From NCBI GenBank assembly GCA_009914755.4, contig CP068257.2, positions 19,328,001 to 19,392,000 on the forward strand: a stretch of 64,000 bases of DNA, written 5' to 3'. The DNA comes from the human T2T-CHM13v2.0 reference genome, Homo sapiens. Position numbers and translations under genes: made by a program. The notes below the pieces were generated by a model, which saw nothing but the letters and a program-made list of their open reading frames with translations, was not told the origin of the DNA and did no database searches. Shown piece after piece: positions 16,475-30,537 of the stretch; position 1 is the first letter of the stretch; each line of letters starts with the position of its first letter.

Positions 16475-19401
16475 CCTGACTGGATTATTTCAAAAGATGT
16501 TTCTTCAAGTTCCCCAAATCTTTTTTTTCTGCTTGTTCTACTCTATGGTTGAACCCCCAGTTGTATTTTTTAGTTTTATTCATTAAGTTATTTAGTTCCG
16601 ATATTTCAGTTGGTACTTTTATATGATTATATATATAGAAGTTCTAACTCATGTGATGATCATTTTCCTAATTTCTTTGTATTGTCTACGTGTGTTTTCT
16701 TGTATTGCACTGCATATCCTTAAGATCATCACTTTGAATTCCTTTTCAGGCATTTTATAGCTGTTCCCTTCTTTGGAGTCTCTTAAAGGACAGTTACTGT
16801 GTTCCATTGGAGAAGTCACGTTTCTTTGATTTTTCATGTTTATTGTGTCTCTGCATTGATATATGTGCATCTGGTGAAATTGCTGCTTACTTTAATGTTA
16901 CGGAGTCACCTTCATAGGAAAAGACGTTTTCTGTAGATATATCTATAACATTAGTTTGGTAAGGTGCCTAACTTTGTTTTGGGTGGGCACAGTACTGTAG
17001 TATCTATATTATTTCTTCAGTTGTAATCACCGTCAGCAGTGTCTTCAAGTTTTTTAGTGGCTTAGGTTGTAGTTGTTTATGGAGCTTTGGGGCAGTTTTG
17101 CTGGTGATGGAGATGCGGGGTGGGTGGATCCTTGAGCCCCTGGGAGGCATGTGACATTTCTGTTGCTTGAGAGGGTGGGGCTAATGTCAGTGGCAGTGGC
17201 TTCAGTCAGGTGGCTCTGATTCTTGGGAACATGTGCTTTGTCCTGGGGGCAGCCTCCCTAATGCACTGGACCACCTGTTCCCTGGTGTGTAGGGCCATGC
17301 ATCAACTCGGATGCCAGGGACTCAGCTGTATCAATAGGTCTAGCTGGTATACCAGTGCAGCAGAGGACCTCAGGAATATGGAGATGCAGGGGCTATTGGG
17401 CCAAGGCAGAGTGTAATCTCTGATGGCTCTGCTCTCAAAATGGTGCTATGCTGCAGCAGCCTGGGTCTTGGGGGTGGGGAAGACCTATATTGACTTTCCC
17501 CACAAATGATTGCAGGCATTGGTGGTAGAAATGTAGATGCTAGGGATCTCCAACTCACCTTTTCCTCTCAATGAGATGTTGCTCTTGGCTCCGAGCCTAT
17601 CTTAGCTGGCTGCTTCACTTTCCTCTTCCTGCTGCCATTGTGAGTTTCTGTATCCCACAGGGTCTGTGCCACTTCTTTGCTGAGTTTTGTTGTTCTCCTT
17701 TACATTCTCTATTTTACCTGTGGTTATTTGGGTCCTTCTTTGTGAAGGAGGCAAGAGCTGGGTGCCTCTAGTCACCCATCTTGATGGCACAGAGCTTTCT
17801 GTTTATACCTGTGGCAGAAAAATGTTTTATTATTTTTGATTTGGGACAAGGTAGCAAAGTGAAAAAGGTCACCTCTCAATCTATGCATGACTTTAAGCAT
17901 GTCACTTAATATCTCTGCGCTTCAGCTTGAAGCCTCTGTGCTTGGATGTGTTCTGCTGAAAATTCTTGCATCTGTGGAATTCTATGATCCTAGGGCATGC
18001 TCTTTAGGTACTTTCATTGGTTACATAGTTTAAAAGGCCAGTATATAACACACGGATTGCCTAGAGGGCTGCATCTGCTTTGTGAACATCCATGCCAACT
18101 TTTTCAGAGAACATTCCAAAACAGTATGGCATGTGGTCCATGTTCTCTGCTCTTTGATCTGCACTTCATTCATTTCAGAATTCACCATTTTATTCTTATA
18201 TGTTAGAAATAGAAAATGCACTCAGGGGATATATGGAATTTTCCTGCAGGACAGAATCACTCAAGTACAGCACGTTTTTTGTTAAGCTAGTATATTTTCA
18301 ATAATTCCTAGAAATAATAAATGATTTCACTGCAGAACTGCATATTTTTCTATTACTAAACTGATTTCTGCAGATTGTTATTCAACCCTTAGTGAAATTC
18401 CAACTGTGTACTAGGTGCTGTCAGAACACAAAGTTAGTCACATATCCTACACAGTGAGCATAATATTCATCCAAATTTCACAGGTACATTCAACCGACAC
18501 AACACTGACAGCCTTTACAAACACAGTGATCATTTCTCATCACAAATGAAGCCTGTAAGGTGATGGTATGTAGCAACATAGCTTATTATCAGTTTATTCT
18601 CTGTTTATTATCACACCAAATTTATTTATAACTGCTTTTAAAGAATATTATAACAAAGTACCAATAATATATTTGGGGATATTTTCAAAATTTTTTTAGA
18701 ATTTGAATACAATACATAATATAGTTGGACACTGTAACGTAATTTCTGTTAGTGTCTCTTTAATTGCATTTGCAGTATTCACAGGGAAGTGTTCCGTTTG
18801 GATAATTACTCATTGGGTGAAGATCAGCAATTTGGCTCATGAGCACTTCAGAAAATGACTCAAAATTTTGTAAGAAGAGAATTTCCTACAAATACCCCAA
18901 TCAAAAAAAAAAATTCAGTTAAGTGCTTCTTTCATACGGTTTCCACCAGAATATGTTAAAGATTTCCTCCAACTATTTATTCTCCTTTAGGTTATTCATA
19001 AGAGTACCATTTTTAGTAAAGAGAGAGCCAACTTTTTTTTAATGTGCTCAATGTATTATGCCATACACTTTTAGAAATTATAAATGTTATGACTTAGGAG
19101 AAATTAAAAATATGTTAAATATATCCACAATGCATAATAAAGATACACTATCATTAATACTTATTTAACAGTATACCGGTTATTATTATTTATTTGTAAG
19201 TTGTTGACATTCTTCTTAATTGTTTATATCCAAAAATAATTTTTTCTAAAATTATTACTTATGCCAGTTAACCTAACATAATATGCACACATATTCCATT
19301 TTGTGCACAAAGCTATAAATGTTGCAATGAAAATATAACAAAATATGTAAGGGGGGTATTTACCTTTGCTCAGGGAACTTACAAGCATGCTTTCTCCCTT
19401 T

Positions 19402-19419
19402 GTGTGTGTGTGTGTGTGT
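19402..19419. repeat. (GT)9 microsatellite
   Basis: gtgtgtgtgtgtgtgtgt. Confidence 0.9.
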
Positions 19420-19550
19420 AAATCATAATCAATGTCTCTAAACTTTATGACTGTCAGAGATAAGCAAACTAATATTGTGAACTTTTTAAATTTTAAGCTA
19501 TCATCCTAGAATTTTTGTTGATGGTTTTTGTCATTTTGGCCTCTAAGTAC

Positions 19551-19919
19551 ATTGTAGTAGTCTGTTCTCATGCTGCTAACAAAGACATACCCGAGACTGG
19601 GGAATTTGTAAGGAAAAGAGGATTAATTGACTCAGTTTTGCATGGCTGGCGAGGTCTCAGGAAAATTACAATTATGGCGGAAGGGGAAGCAAACATGTCT
19701 TTCCTCATGTGGTGACAGGAGAGAGAATGAGAGCAGTGCGAGGGAGGAGCCCCTTATAAAACCATCAGATCTCGTGAGAACTCACTCACTATCTCTAGAA
19801 CAGTATATGGGAAACTGCCCCCATGATTCAAGTATGTCCACCTGGTCCCACCCTTGACATATATGGATTATTGCAATTCAAGATGAGATTTTTGATAGCG
19901 GCACAGCCAAACCATATCA
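19551..19919 (-). mobile_element. solo LTR of the ERVL-MaLR THE1/MST type
   Basis: The reverse complement reads tgatatggtttggctgtgccgctatcaaaaatctcatcttgaattgcaataatccatatatgtcaagggtgggaccaggtgg...tttataaggggctcctccctcgcactgctctc, the canonical THE1 LTR start. No internal ERV sequence adjoins it. Confidence 0.7.
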
Positions 19920-20641
19920 TACATCAAAATTGTAATCTGTGGGAAAAATTTTAAATTTTTTCTACATTTTCCTTTTTAAAAACATCTTTGTTTTCCTAAG
20001 AACATTTAGGAAGTAGCTTATGTTTCCCTTATAGTTAAAAGAGATGTTTTAAACTGATTGAAAAAAAGGCCTTTGCACTCAGGGATGCCTGGGTCCGACT
20101 TACATCTCTCACACACAGTGGCTCTGTGATCTTATCAAATCTCCTCCACTAAATGGGAGTAACAATGTTACTCATAATATTGGGAGAAATACATTGGATG
20201 ATGTGTTTAAAAGGCTTCAATTAGTACCCAACACATGTAACCTATTCAAATTGACAAAATTACCGAATGTGGATGTCAGTAAGTTCTTTCGATTTAGATA
20301 TGACAAGTAGATTATGTTATACTATAAAACATTAATATATTTAATAGAGGCATTCCTTCTGTAATTATCTTTTACCTATGTCCTTTTTTCTCGTTTGTAT
20401 TACAGCCATCATAGTAAGAGTTTAGTCACTTTAATTACAGGCAATTCAAATTTAAATTTTACTTTCAGTAGGTATCTATTAAGCACCCACAATGAATAAA
20501 GTGATTTTATATGTTACAAACAAAACCAAAACTAGGGTCTATTTAATAGAACTGATAGTACATTGCTTTCTGAATTACCTAATAGCAGAAAACATATCTC
20601 TTCTCTTTTCCCTTTTTGCATTATGCTTAGAGTTGGTTACA

Positions 20642-20966
<325 letters not shown>

Positions 20967-22626
20967 CTATTATTTATTGAGCATCTATTTGTTGACCAGG
21001 CGCCTTTAGAAAAAATTAAACTAGTTCTTAGGGATTTTTAGCCAATAAATTGTCAAAGCTTGTGATGATTTGGCTCAGTTCTACACTTTTAAATAAGATT
21101 TTGGCATTTGTAGCTATAGTCACTCTAGTAATTAGAGATGAAAGCTGAATTAAGAAGATAAGAATCTATTAATATATAATAATGGCATCAGGGTTACCAA
21201 TAAATAAAACTGTTCTTTTAAATTATTAGCATAGAATTTAACTTCTAAAAAATGTCTTAACAGGCAATATTCTCACACTTCATTTAGGACATAAATTATA
21301 GAATTATGTTATGCAGTGATTGGGAAATTAATCTAACATTTTTTCATTTTTAAGCATTCTGTAGCAGAAAAATCATTACCCTGAATACAAGTTATAGTTT
21401 TTCTATTGAAGCTCTATGAAATTGAGCAGGTCATTTAATCTTTCTCTGTGTTAATTTTTTTCCTTTGTAAATTTAGAGTCAAACTTATATGTTATATCTA
21501 AAATCTCTCATACTGTACCTATGACTAATTGACAATAGGGTACTAATGATGATGATACAGAAAACAAAATTTTAAGTACTACTTTTATTTGATTCTTAGT
21601 GAAAGAAAACTTGTGCATAAGATAATTATAAAAATATTATGACTTTTAATTTTAAGGTAAAAAAATATTACCAATCTAAATAATGTATTCAAGTAAATGG
21701 GGTAAAGATGGAAACATTGGATTGGACAATATTTTGGCCTTTGTAATACTGGATAAACCTAATTTTACCATACTTAGGAGTTACTGTGATACTTTTTGTT
21801 AAAGACATCACCTGTAATTTGAAGAAGATGTACTTAAAGGTCAAATTTTCTGAGCATTGATTTTTCTTTCTTGTGTGAGCAATGAATTTTGAAGTTACAT
21901 TTTATGACCACTCTTTAATATTGCCATTTGCTAATTTTAAGGTGCGTTAGGTATAATTATTCTTTTAATAAGGGCAGCAGTAAAAAGTGTATTTGAGTAG
22001 CAGGCTTCACTGAAGTTGCCATATTCCTAGTTTATCCCTACAATATTTTCCATCTCTGCTCTGCAACCAGTATTAACACCATTTTCTCAGTACCATAAGA
22101 TTTTCAAATACAACTGCTCTATTTCAAGGTAAGTTAAAAAACAGACCCTCAAGTGTTTTAAAATAATGTTGCTTTAGCTCTGATAAATCAAATAACTATA
22201 TGATAAATTGAATAACACAAATAACTCTGTGATAAATCATATAACTCTGATTAATTTCAGAATGACCCTAGCCCTTCATTACAAGTTCTCTAACATAAAG
22301 TTAGGAGCACTGCTATGTTCACACTTCTAGGGTGCTGGTTGAAGGCAATTCATTAGTGGTACAATAGAAATAGCTATGAGAACAATGAAGGGAATCAGCC
22401 CTAAACTAGCATGAGGTCTAGAGAGGGGTAAGTTAGCATGGTGGCAGGTGTGAGTCCTTGTCAAATATAAGAATACATGACTTGAAGTGGTAAGAAAGGG
22501 ATAAGGCCAAAATCAAAGATGGGAAAGAGAGTATAAAACTTGACCTGTAAACATGACATCCTGCAAGGAGGTGAGTAACCAAGACACAAAGCCATTAATG
22601 GAGTAGAGAAACCAAGAAAGACAATG

Positions 22627-22917
<291 letters not shown>

Positions 22918-22997
22918 GAGAGAAGAAAGAAAGAAAGAGAAAGAGAGAGAGGGAAGGAGGGAGGGAGGGAAGAAGGAAGGAAGGAAGGAAGGAAGGA

Positions 22998-23061
<64 letters not shown>

Positions 23062-23087
23062 AACAGGGAAAGAAAGAAAGAAAGAAA
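22918..23087. repeat. compound (GA)n/(GGGA)n/(GGAA)n/(GAAA)n microsatellite, ~170 bp, grown from the Alu tail
   Basis: agagagaagaaagaaagaaagag...gggaaggagggagggagggaagaaggaaggaaggaagg...(gaaa)x~20... Confidence 0.95.
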
Positions 23088-23829
23088 TGAGGTTTTAGGT
23101 GAGTCTGGAGAAATTCCACAGAGAGAGCGTAGGTTCCCATGGATGCTTTCTTTCTGGTTTCCCAGTGCTATGGTTTGAATATTTGTGTCCCACCAAAAGT
23201 TGTATGTTAAAACTGTATGACCAAAGTGATAATATTCGGAGGTGGGGCCTTTAGGACACAATGATGTTATGAGAGCAGATCCCTAATGAATGGGATATTG
23301 CTCTTATAAAGAAGCCCCAGACAGTAGTCCTGTCCCTTCCACCGAGTGAGGACACACCGAGTGAGTGTACAATTACCAAGATAAGCCTTTCTGGAAAATA
23401 TGTTTGTCTTTATTTTTAGAAATAAGGTAAGACTTTAGTAGTTTTAAATCTACAGTTCATTCTCAGGACTTTCCTATCACTGTTTCAAAACCATGCTATT
23501 GACAAGTATTTGTTTATAAGATTGAGAGGCACTATTAGGTAAGTAGAACTGAGCAGACTAGTCTTCTCATAAATTGTTTAGGTTTATAACTAACTCAGAC
23601 ATTTTATATGAATAATATAGGTATAGGCCCACAAACAGAGGTACTCTAACCCAGGCATTTTTCCCTTTGCGTGCTCCCAGATGATGTAATTTGAGAAAAC
23701 AAACTATCAAAAATTAAATTTCCACATTATTATTGTCTTTCTTTAGGTCATGAGAGGTCACATCATAACCTGTATAGGATCAACTTTTGCTCTTAAAAGA
23801 GATTGTATTATTCAAAATGTTTCTGAGAA

Positions 23830-24110
23830 GGCTGGGCACAGTGTCTTATGCCTGTAATCTTAGCACTTTGGGAAGCCGAGGGAGGTGGATCACTTGAGGT
23901 CCAGAGTTGGAGACTCCAGCCTGTCCAGTATGGTGAAACCGGTCCCTACTAATTCAAAAATTAGCTGGGTGTGGTGGCACGCACCTGTAGTCCCAAATAC
24001 TTGGAAGGCTGAGGAGGAGAATTGCTTGAAGCCGGGAGGCGGAGGTTGCAGTGAGCCAAAATCATGCCACTGCACTCTGGACTGGATTACAGAGCAAGAC
24101 TCTGTCAGAA
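23830..24110 (+). mobile_element. Alu SINE
   Basis: ggctgggcacagtgtcttatgcctgtaatcttagcactttgggaagccgagggaggtggatcacttgaggtc... Confidence 0.9.
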
Positions 24111-24203
24111 ATATATATATATATTCATAATATATATAGATATATTATGAATATATATATTTCTTATATATAAGAAATATATATTTTAATCTATATATAT
24201 TTC
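24110..24203. repeat. AT-rich palindromic tract containing a 30-bp near-palindrome (24123-24152) and a perfect 32-bp palindrome (24153-24184)
   Basis: attcataatatatatagatatattatgaat has 13-bp arms. atatatatttcttatatataagaaatatatat equals its own reverse complement. Confidence 0.9.
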
Positions 24204-24745
24204 TGGGAAGAATATGGGGTGAGACAGGTTTTGGTTTTGGAGAAACAAACAAATTGTTCATTTTCTAGAGATTCAGGGAGTTGTTCTTATACTCAGCCTA
24301 AGAAAAGACAGTTTAGAGTAGAGTTCTTGAATCTGCCATTTTGGACTGGATAATTAACTGCTGTGGAGGTCGCCTGTGTGCATGAGATGTTTAGCCACAT
24401 AGCAACATCCCTGGCCTCTTCCCGCTGGATGCGAGGAGCACCTTCCTCCCAGTCATGGCAATACAAAAAGTCTCTAAATATTGTCACATGTTCAAGGGGT
24501 GTGAAACCCAATCTTGAAGCTCTGAGTTAGAGAAACTCTTCTTTGGGAGGTAATTGGTGCCTAAAAAGTTCATGGGTCCAAGAAAGGAATCCATGAAGGG
24601 ACTCTGTACAGGGAATCAAAGAAGTAGCCAGTAGTCTCCAAGACAACTGGTAGGTATTCCTTACTCAATATTGGGTTTCCCTCTAATAAGTTATTGTGTC
24701 TCTATTACTCTCAATCTTTCCGTAAGCTGTAATAAATGTCTTTGC

Positions 24746-25114
<369 letters not shown>

Positions 25115-25963
25115 TCAAGTGAGGTGATACAGAAGGAAGGTACAGCCTGGGAAAGCCTATTATATAAGATGGCCAAAAATAACTGCCAGAGATTAGGGCA
25201 AAGATGGGGCTGGAATGAGAAACACCTTCCTGATCTTGTGTGTGAAACATGCCAACATTCTTCAGGCATCTTCAGAGATCCCTATTAGCAAATAGATGGG
25301 GATACTTAGACTTTATCTGTGTGATGTAGTACAGAAAGTTGATGCTGGTGAGCTAGAATAATTGAGAACTTTTGGTTACCCCAAATTATCGAGTTGTGCA
25401 GAATTTTCTCCTAAAAAGTACAGTGGGACTTCCTGGATCCTAGAGCAGAAGAATAAGATTCTTAAAATATAACATGTTAAGGTGGAGATGTCTTTCAGTG
25501 GACCTTAAATTTGATAAATATGAATATGAAAATTTATCTACAGCCAGGCAATTGAAGATGATTAAAGGTAGATATTACAGAATGGAAACTCTAGATTAAC
25601 CAACAAAATATAAAATAAAATATAGTAAGCTGTCAATGTTGATAGAAATGAAGTGCTTTCACATCTTCCAGATGACAGTGTAAATTATGTAGTTTGGAAA
25701 ACAATTTAGGCGATATGAGTTCAGTAGCTACATATGGTCATATGTTTTTGCAAAACTATTGATTTTCTAGTAGTCTAAGAATGTAATCTATAATAACCTC
25801 AAAGCTCTATGGATAGAGATATTCACACTGTGGTGTTATTTATCATAATAATTAAAATTACGGATAAAATCGTAACGTCTTAGTCTAAGAAAATTGTTAA
25901 GAATATTAGGTTCAGTCCATGTCAACAAATTAATTCATTAAATTTATGTTTGTGAAAATAAAG

Positions 25964-26269
25964 AGGCAAGGCGCGATGGTTCATGCCTGTAATCCCAGCA
26001 CTTTGGGAGGCCGAGGCGGGAGGATCACCTGAGGTCAGGAGTTAGAGACCAGCCTAACATGGAGAAACCCCATCTTTACTAAAAATTACAAAATTAGTTG
26101 GGCGTGGTGGCTCATGCCTGTAATCCTAGTTACTCGGGAAGCTAAGGCAGGAGAATCGCTTGAACTCAGGAGGCGGAAGTTGCAATGAGCTCAGATTGCG
26201 CACCGTTGCACTCCAGCCTGGACAACAAGAGCAAAACTCCGCCTCAAAAAAAATTAATAAAAATATAAA
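25964..26269 (+). mobile_element. Alu SINE (diverged)
   Basis: gaggcaaggcgcgatggttcatgcctgtaatcccagcactttgggaggccgaggcgggaggatcacctgaggtcaggagttagagacc... Confidence 0.85.
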
Positions 26270-28848
26270 ATTTATTCCCTTTACAAAACAAAATACAAAG
26301 ATGCCAAATAGCATTTTCTCATTATGTTAAGAAAATGTACACTTATATGAAAGACTAGAAGAAAATATGCCAAAATGTTCAAGAGATAGCCTCTGGTTGA
26401 TAGGGCATGGGCATTCCTAATTTTTTTTTATAACTAGCATGCCAGAATTTGAGAAGATTAAACATTAATTTATAAATAAACAAGCACAGCTCTTTAGTTT
26501 TATTTTTCTATTTTTTTTTTTTTACATAGCTCAGCTATTTCTTTTAAAGTCAACTTCTTTCATAGGTGTTGAGTTTCTTAACTTTAGAAAGGTTGTGAAA
26601 CCCAGTAGCAGGTGTTGGGTACATAATTATTTAAATATGAGGACCAATCATTAAGAATGTTGGTGGGGAAATGTGTTGTTTTCTTAAAAACGAGTTAAGA
26701 TTATTTCACGTAGACATAAAGTATAAGAGTTTTTCCCATAACATTAAAATTTAAAAAGTGTATCCAAACAATGTGCCTTGGTGGATTATTAGGTAGAATA
26801 TTAACGGTTTGTGGTTATATAGGAAAGAATCTTATTGCTACTACTAGCTTGCCTATTACTAATAGAACTTCTTATCTAAGTTGAAAATTAATGCAAGCAC
26901 ATCTCCATTAAGGAAAGAACCAAATGATCCTGTGCAATAAGAGATTTTTGAATGAAATGCCTAATTTTATTGCCCTGCCAAAATGCAATGATTAATATTG
27001 TGTCCTATCAAATCTATACTTGTATTGGATCAGTTGCCAGGGATGAAGGATTTATTGTTACCTGGTATGTGATAACTCCCCTCCACATGGAAGGATTTGT
27101 GCAGACGCCACCTTGGTCAATGTTACCTATGGACAAAAATGTGATTCCTGAGTGCTGTGATCAATAATTGGGCAACCTAAATATCGCATCATGATCCTTG
27201 TCATATCACATAGGTTCATTGCTATCCATTGCTTGATTCCTTTTTCCTATCTTACTTTGTCCTGAATATATTCTTGAAATTGTATCAATCACTGTTTTGT
27301 CAACATGTTCTAGGCTTGTTAAGTTTTCTGCTCTGTCCATCATTGTGTTTCCCAGGGATGTCTTGGTGAAGAAAAATGTAATATCCCCTTAGAGTTAAGA
27401 AAATATTATTCTGGGAAGTGGCAAATTATAGGCAGTTATTGCATAATTTCTGAGCGAAGTGAGCAGTTATTTGCCCAGAGGGACCATGAAGTAGCCATGA
27501 AAGAAAATGACCCCATGTATCTTGGAAGAAATTAAAAAGTAAGAATCTGTGACAATGAGGGTGCCTCAGTACCATAAATCTGTCTCCTCCATTTCTTAAT
27601 TTCAAATAGAACAGCTAAGAAAGTAAAACATATTAAAAGCAAGGTGTTAAAATCTAAAAGCTATCGTTAAAGTAGCTGCAGTTACATGCCTGGTAAAGGG
27701 TCTAAAATGTTGTGTCAAGAAGTTTAAAATTATTTTCAAAGACACGATCATTAGAAAAAAGTGGCATTAATGGAGAGGGGAAGGCAGTAGCAGGATCATC
27801 TATTTATAGAAGTTTTAGGCTATCTGTCTATATAAGATAGCCTAAATAAGAAAAGTCAAAACAGGCAATTTTCTAGACAAGTAAATGAATAGTTATAATG
27901 GCTTGTGCTATCTTAAAAATATAAATGATCACACGGAATGTCCTATTTCTTAATAGTATGATATTAACACACATGAATTCCATCAACAGAGAGATTAAAC
28001 AAACATAACATCAGAAGTACACAAATAAAAATAATGTTTAATATCCACAGCTCATCATTCATGCCTAGGCTCTATGTGTACATGATATACCTGCATGATT
28101 TTTGCAGGAGCAGATTGCAAAAGTAAGAAACAGAATCTCTCTGAGAAGATAATTTCCACATACAATGCGCCTTACCATTTTCTGTCTCTCTGCTACTCCT
28201 TTATGTTCATTTTATTGATTCTTTTAAATCAAATTTATCTGCTTTCAGTTAACCATGCATCCAGTCCTGTTGGTATTTCCTACTACTCAGCTTTTCATAG
28301 ATTCCTGAGTTTTGTTCAACTGGCTCTTATTTTTATAAATGAAATAACTATCACCCCAACTATGCCTCTGACACATTTCCTCGGAGAGATGAAGAAGTGG
28401 ATAAATTGTCTTACTTGTAAATTATGAGCTACATAGAGGAGGGAGGATGCGTTTCTATACCTTTTATATCCTACACTGCACATGGCTTACTCATGTTCAT
28501 AGATTTGGTACATTCAATAAAAGTATTCAATGTCTACATAATAGAAAGCACTCCTTTCCAACAGTGGAGGGGAATAGTGAGAAGAGGCAATTTTTCTACA
28601 TGGTGTCCTCATATGGTCAATCTATTAAGAAGAAGAACTGGCTAAGGCAAATGTCAGGCTGCATATTACTTTGTCACTGCAATGAGAAATAAATGTGCGT
28701 CTGATAGAGCCCTGGAGAGGCACTTCTACTTTTGGCTAAGAAGCAGTTGAGGCAAGTTTTTTTGAGTATATGACATTCTGCTATTGAGTCCTTATGGCAA
28801 TATAAATTTAGGCTAAAGATGGGGAGAACCCTTGAAAGCCTCAGAATT

Positions 28849-29205
28849 GTCTTAGTTCATTTTGTGCTGCTATAACAGAACACTACAGACTGGGTAATTT
28901 ATAAACAATACAAGTGTATTCGGCTCACAGTTCTGGAGCCTGGGAAGCCCAGGCTGGTGAAGGCCTTCTTAGCTGCCTCATTACATAGTGGAATGAATCA
29001 CATAAACGACAGAGTATGTTCAAGAGAGTGAGAGATGGAACTCACAACCATACGCCCTTTTATAATCGGCATGAATCCATTCATGAGGGTGTAGCCCTCT
29101 AGACCTAAATACCTCCCATGAGGCCGCACTCCCAACATTGTTGAACTGGGATTTCAGTTTCCAACACATGCTTTTTGATAGACACATTGAAACTGTAATC
29201 CTCAT
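28849..29205 (+). mobile_element. solo LTR, ERVL-MaLR (MST/MLT1-like)
   Basis: tgtcttagttcattttgtgctgctataacagaacactacagactgggtaatttataaa...ggctcacagttctggagcctgggaagcccag...ccttttataa...aatccattcatgagggtgtagccctc...cctcccatgaggccgcactcccaacattgttgaactgggatttcagtttccaacacatg. This has the MaLR LTR organisation and a TG...CA-type start. Confidence 0.6.
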
Positions 29206-29747
29206 GTGGGCCTATGATTCACCGTCAGACGTGTAGCCCCCGGGATGGAGAGAGTCATCCTAACTTTTTCTGACTATGCATGCCACGACTTACATTGTGA
29301 GAGGCTGTGAATATCAGGTTTGTTAGCATAACTCTCTCCCACCTTGTATTTTTCACTCTGTACTTTTTTCAAATTAGACTTCTCTCTGCTTTCCACACAT
29401 GCTGTGTGGTTTCACGCCCCCAGGCTTTACTTAAGTTTTTCTCTGCCCTGCCCACGTCCCTACCTATCTAATTTCTCCGCTTTCTTCAAAGCTTCATGAA
29501 TCCTTTCTTAATCCTCTATTCAGAAATGATCCCCTCCTCTTATGTCACAATAGCAGGGCATTTTCACTCTTCTTATGGCATTTTTTAAAAACCTGATGTA
29601 GATGATTGAATTGTGTGCTTATGCCTGATATCTTCAACAAGTGGCTATTAACGAATTGAGGGGCAGGATCCATAGCTGTATCACCTTTCTTTGTATATTC
29701 CTGAGTACCAAGGGTTTGTCCATTTATCTTTTCCATACACAGAGATG

Positions 29748-29776
29748 CTCTCTCTCTCTCTCTTATCTTCCCTCTG

Positions 29777-29808
<32 letters not shown>

Positions 29809-29816
29809 ACACACAC
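29748..29816. repeat. (CT)n imperfect then (CA)4 microsatellite
   Basis: ctctctctctctcttatcttccctctgtctctctctctctctctctgtctctctctcacacacaca. Confidence 0.9.
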
Positions 29817-30003
29817 AGAAGTTTGGACACAGTATAGTCTTATGATACAAACTTCTAATCAGAAATTTCATTTGTGTCTGATAGACTATTGCTACCATCT
29901 CCCTAACCTCACTCTAAGAACATTTAATGTCTAAATTACCTTACAGGATACCAGTCAAATTTTCCTCTGGCATGGTTTAACCCATTGCCTAAGAAAAAAG
30001 TAA

Positions 30004-30302
<299 letters not shown>

Positions 30303-30483
30303 TGAAAGTAATTTGACTTCTAATAACACAGAGGAGAATTCAGTTGTCAATATTTCCACCTGATTAACAGATGTGCATGTATGTGTGTGTGATAGGCACT
30401 TGGCCACTCCCAGTGTCAGGTTGAAAAATTGCAGGCTGTGTGAAGATGCTATTTGACACACAGAGTATACTTTTAACTGTCTT

Positions 30484-30488
30484 CTGTG

Positions 30489-30534
<46 letters not shown>
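30484..30534. repeat. (GT)25 dinucleotide microsatellite ~2.4 kb upstream of the NCAM2 ATG
   Basis: Uninterrupted gtgtgt... run of ~51 bp. Confidence 0.95.

Positions 30535-30537
<3 letters not shown>

Noticed and set aside
28095-28692. Three overlapping + ORFs (110, 73, 81 aa) in unique upstream sequence
   Set aside because: They have no start context, high Ile/Leu/Phe content reflecting AT-richness, and no similarity to anything I recognise. Their lengths are within chance expectation.
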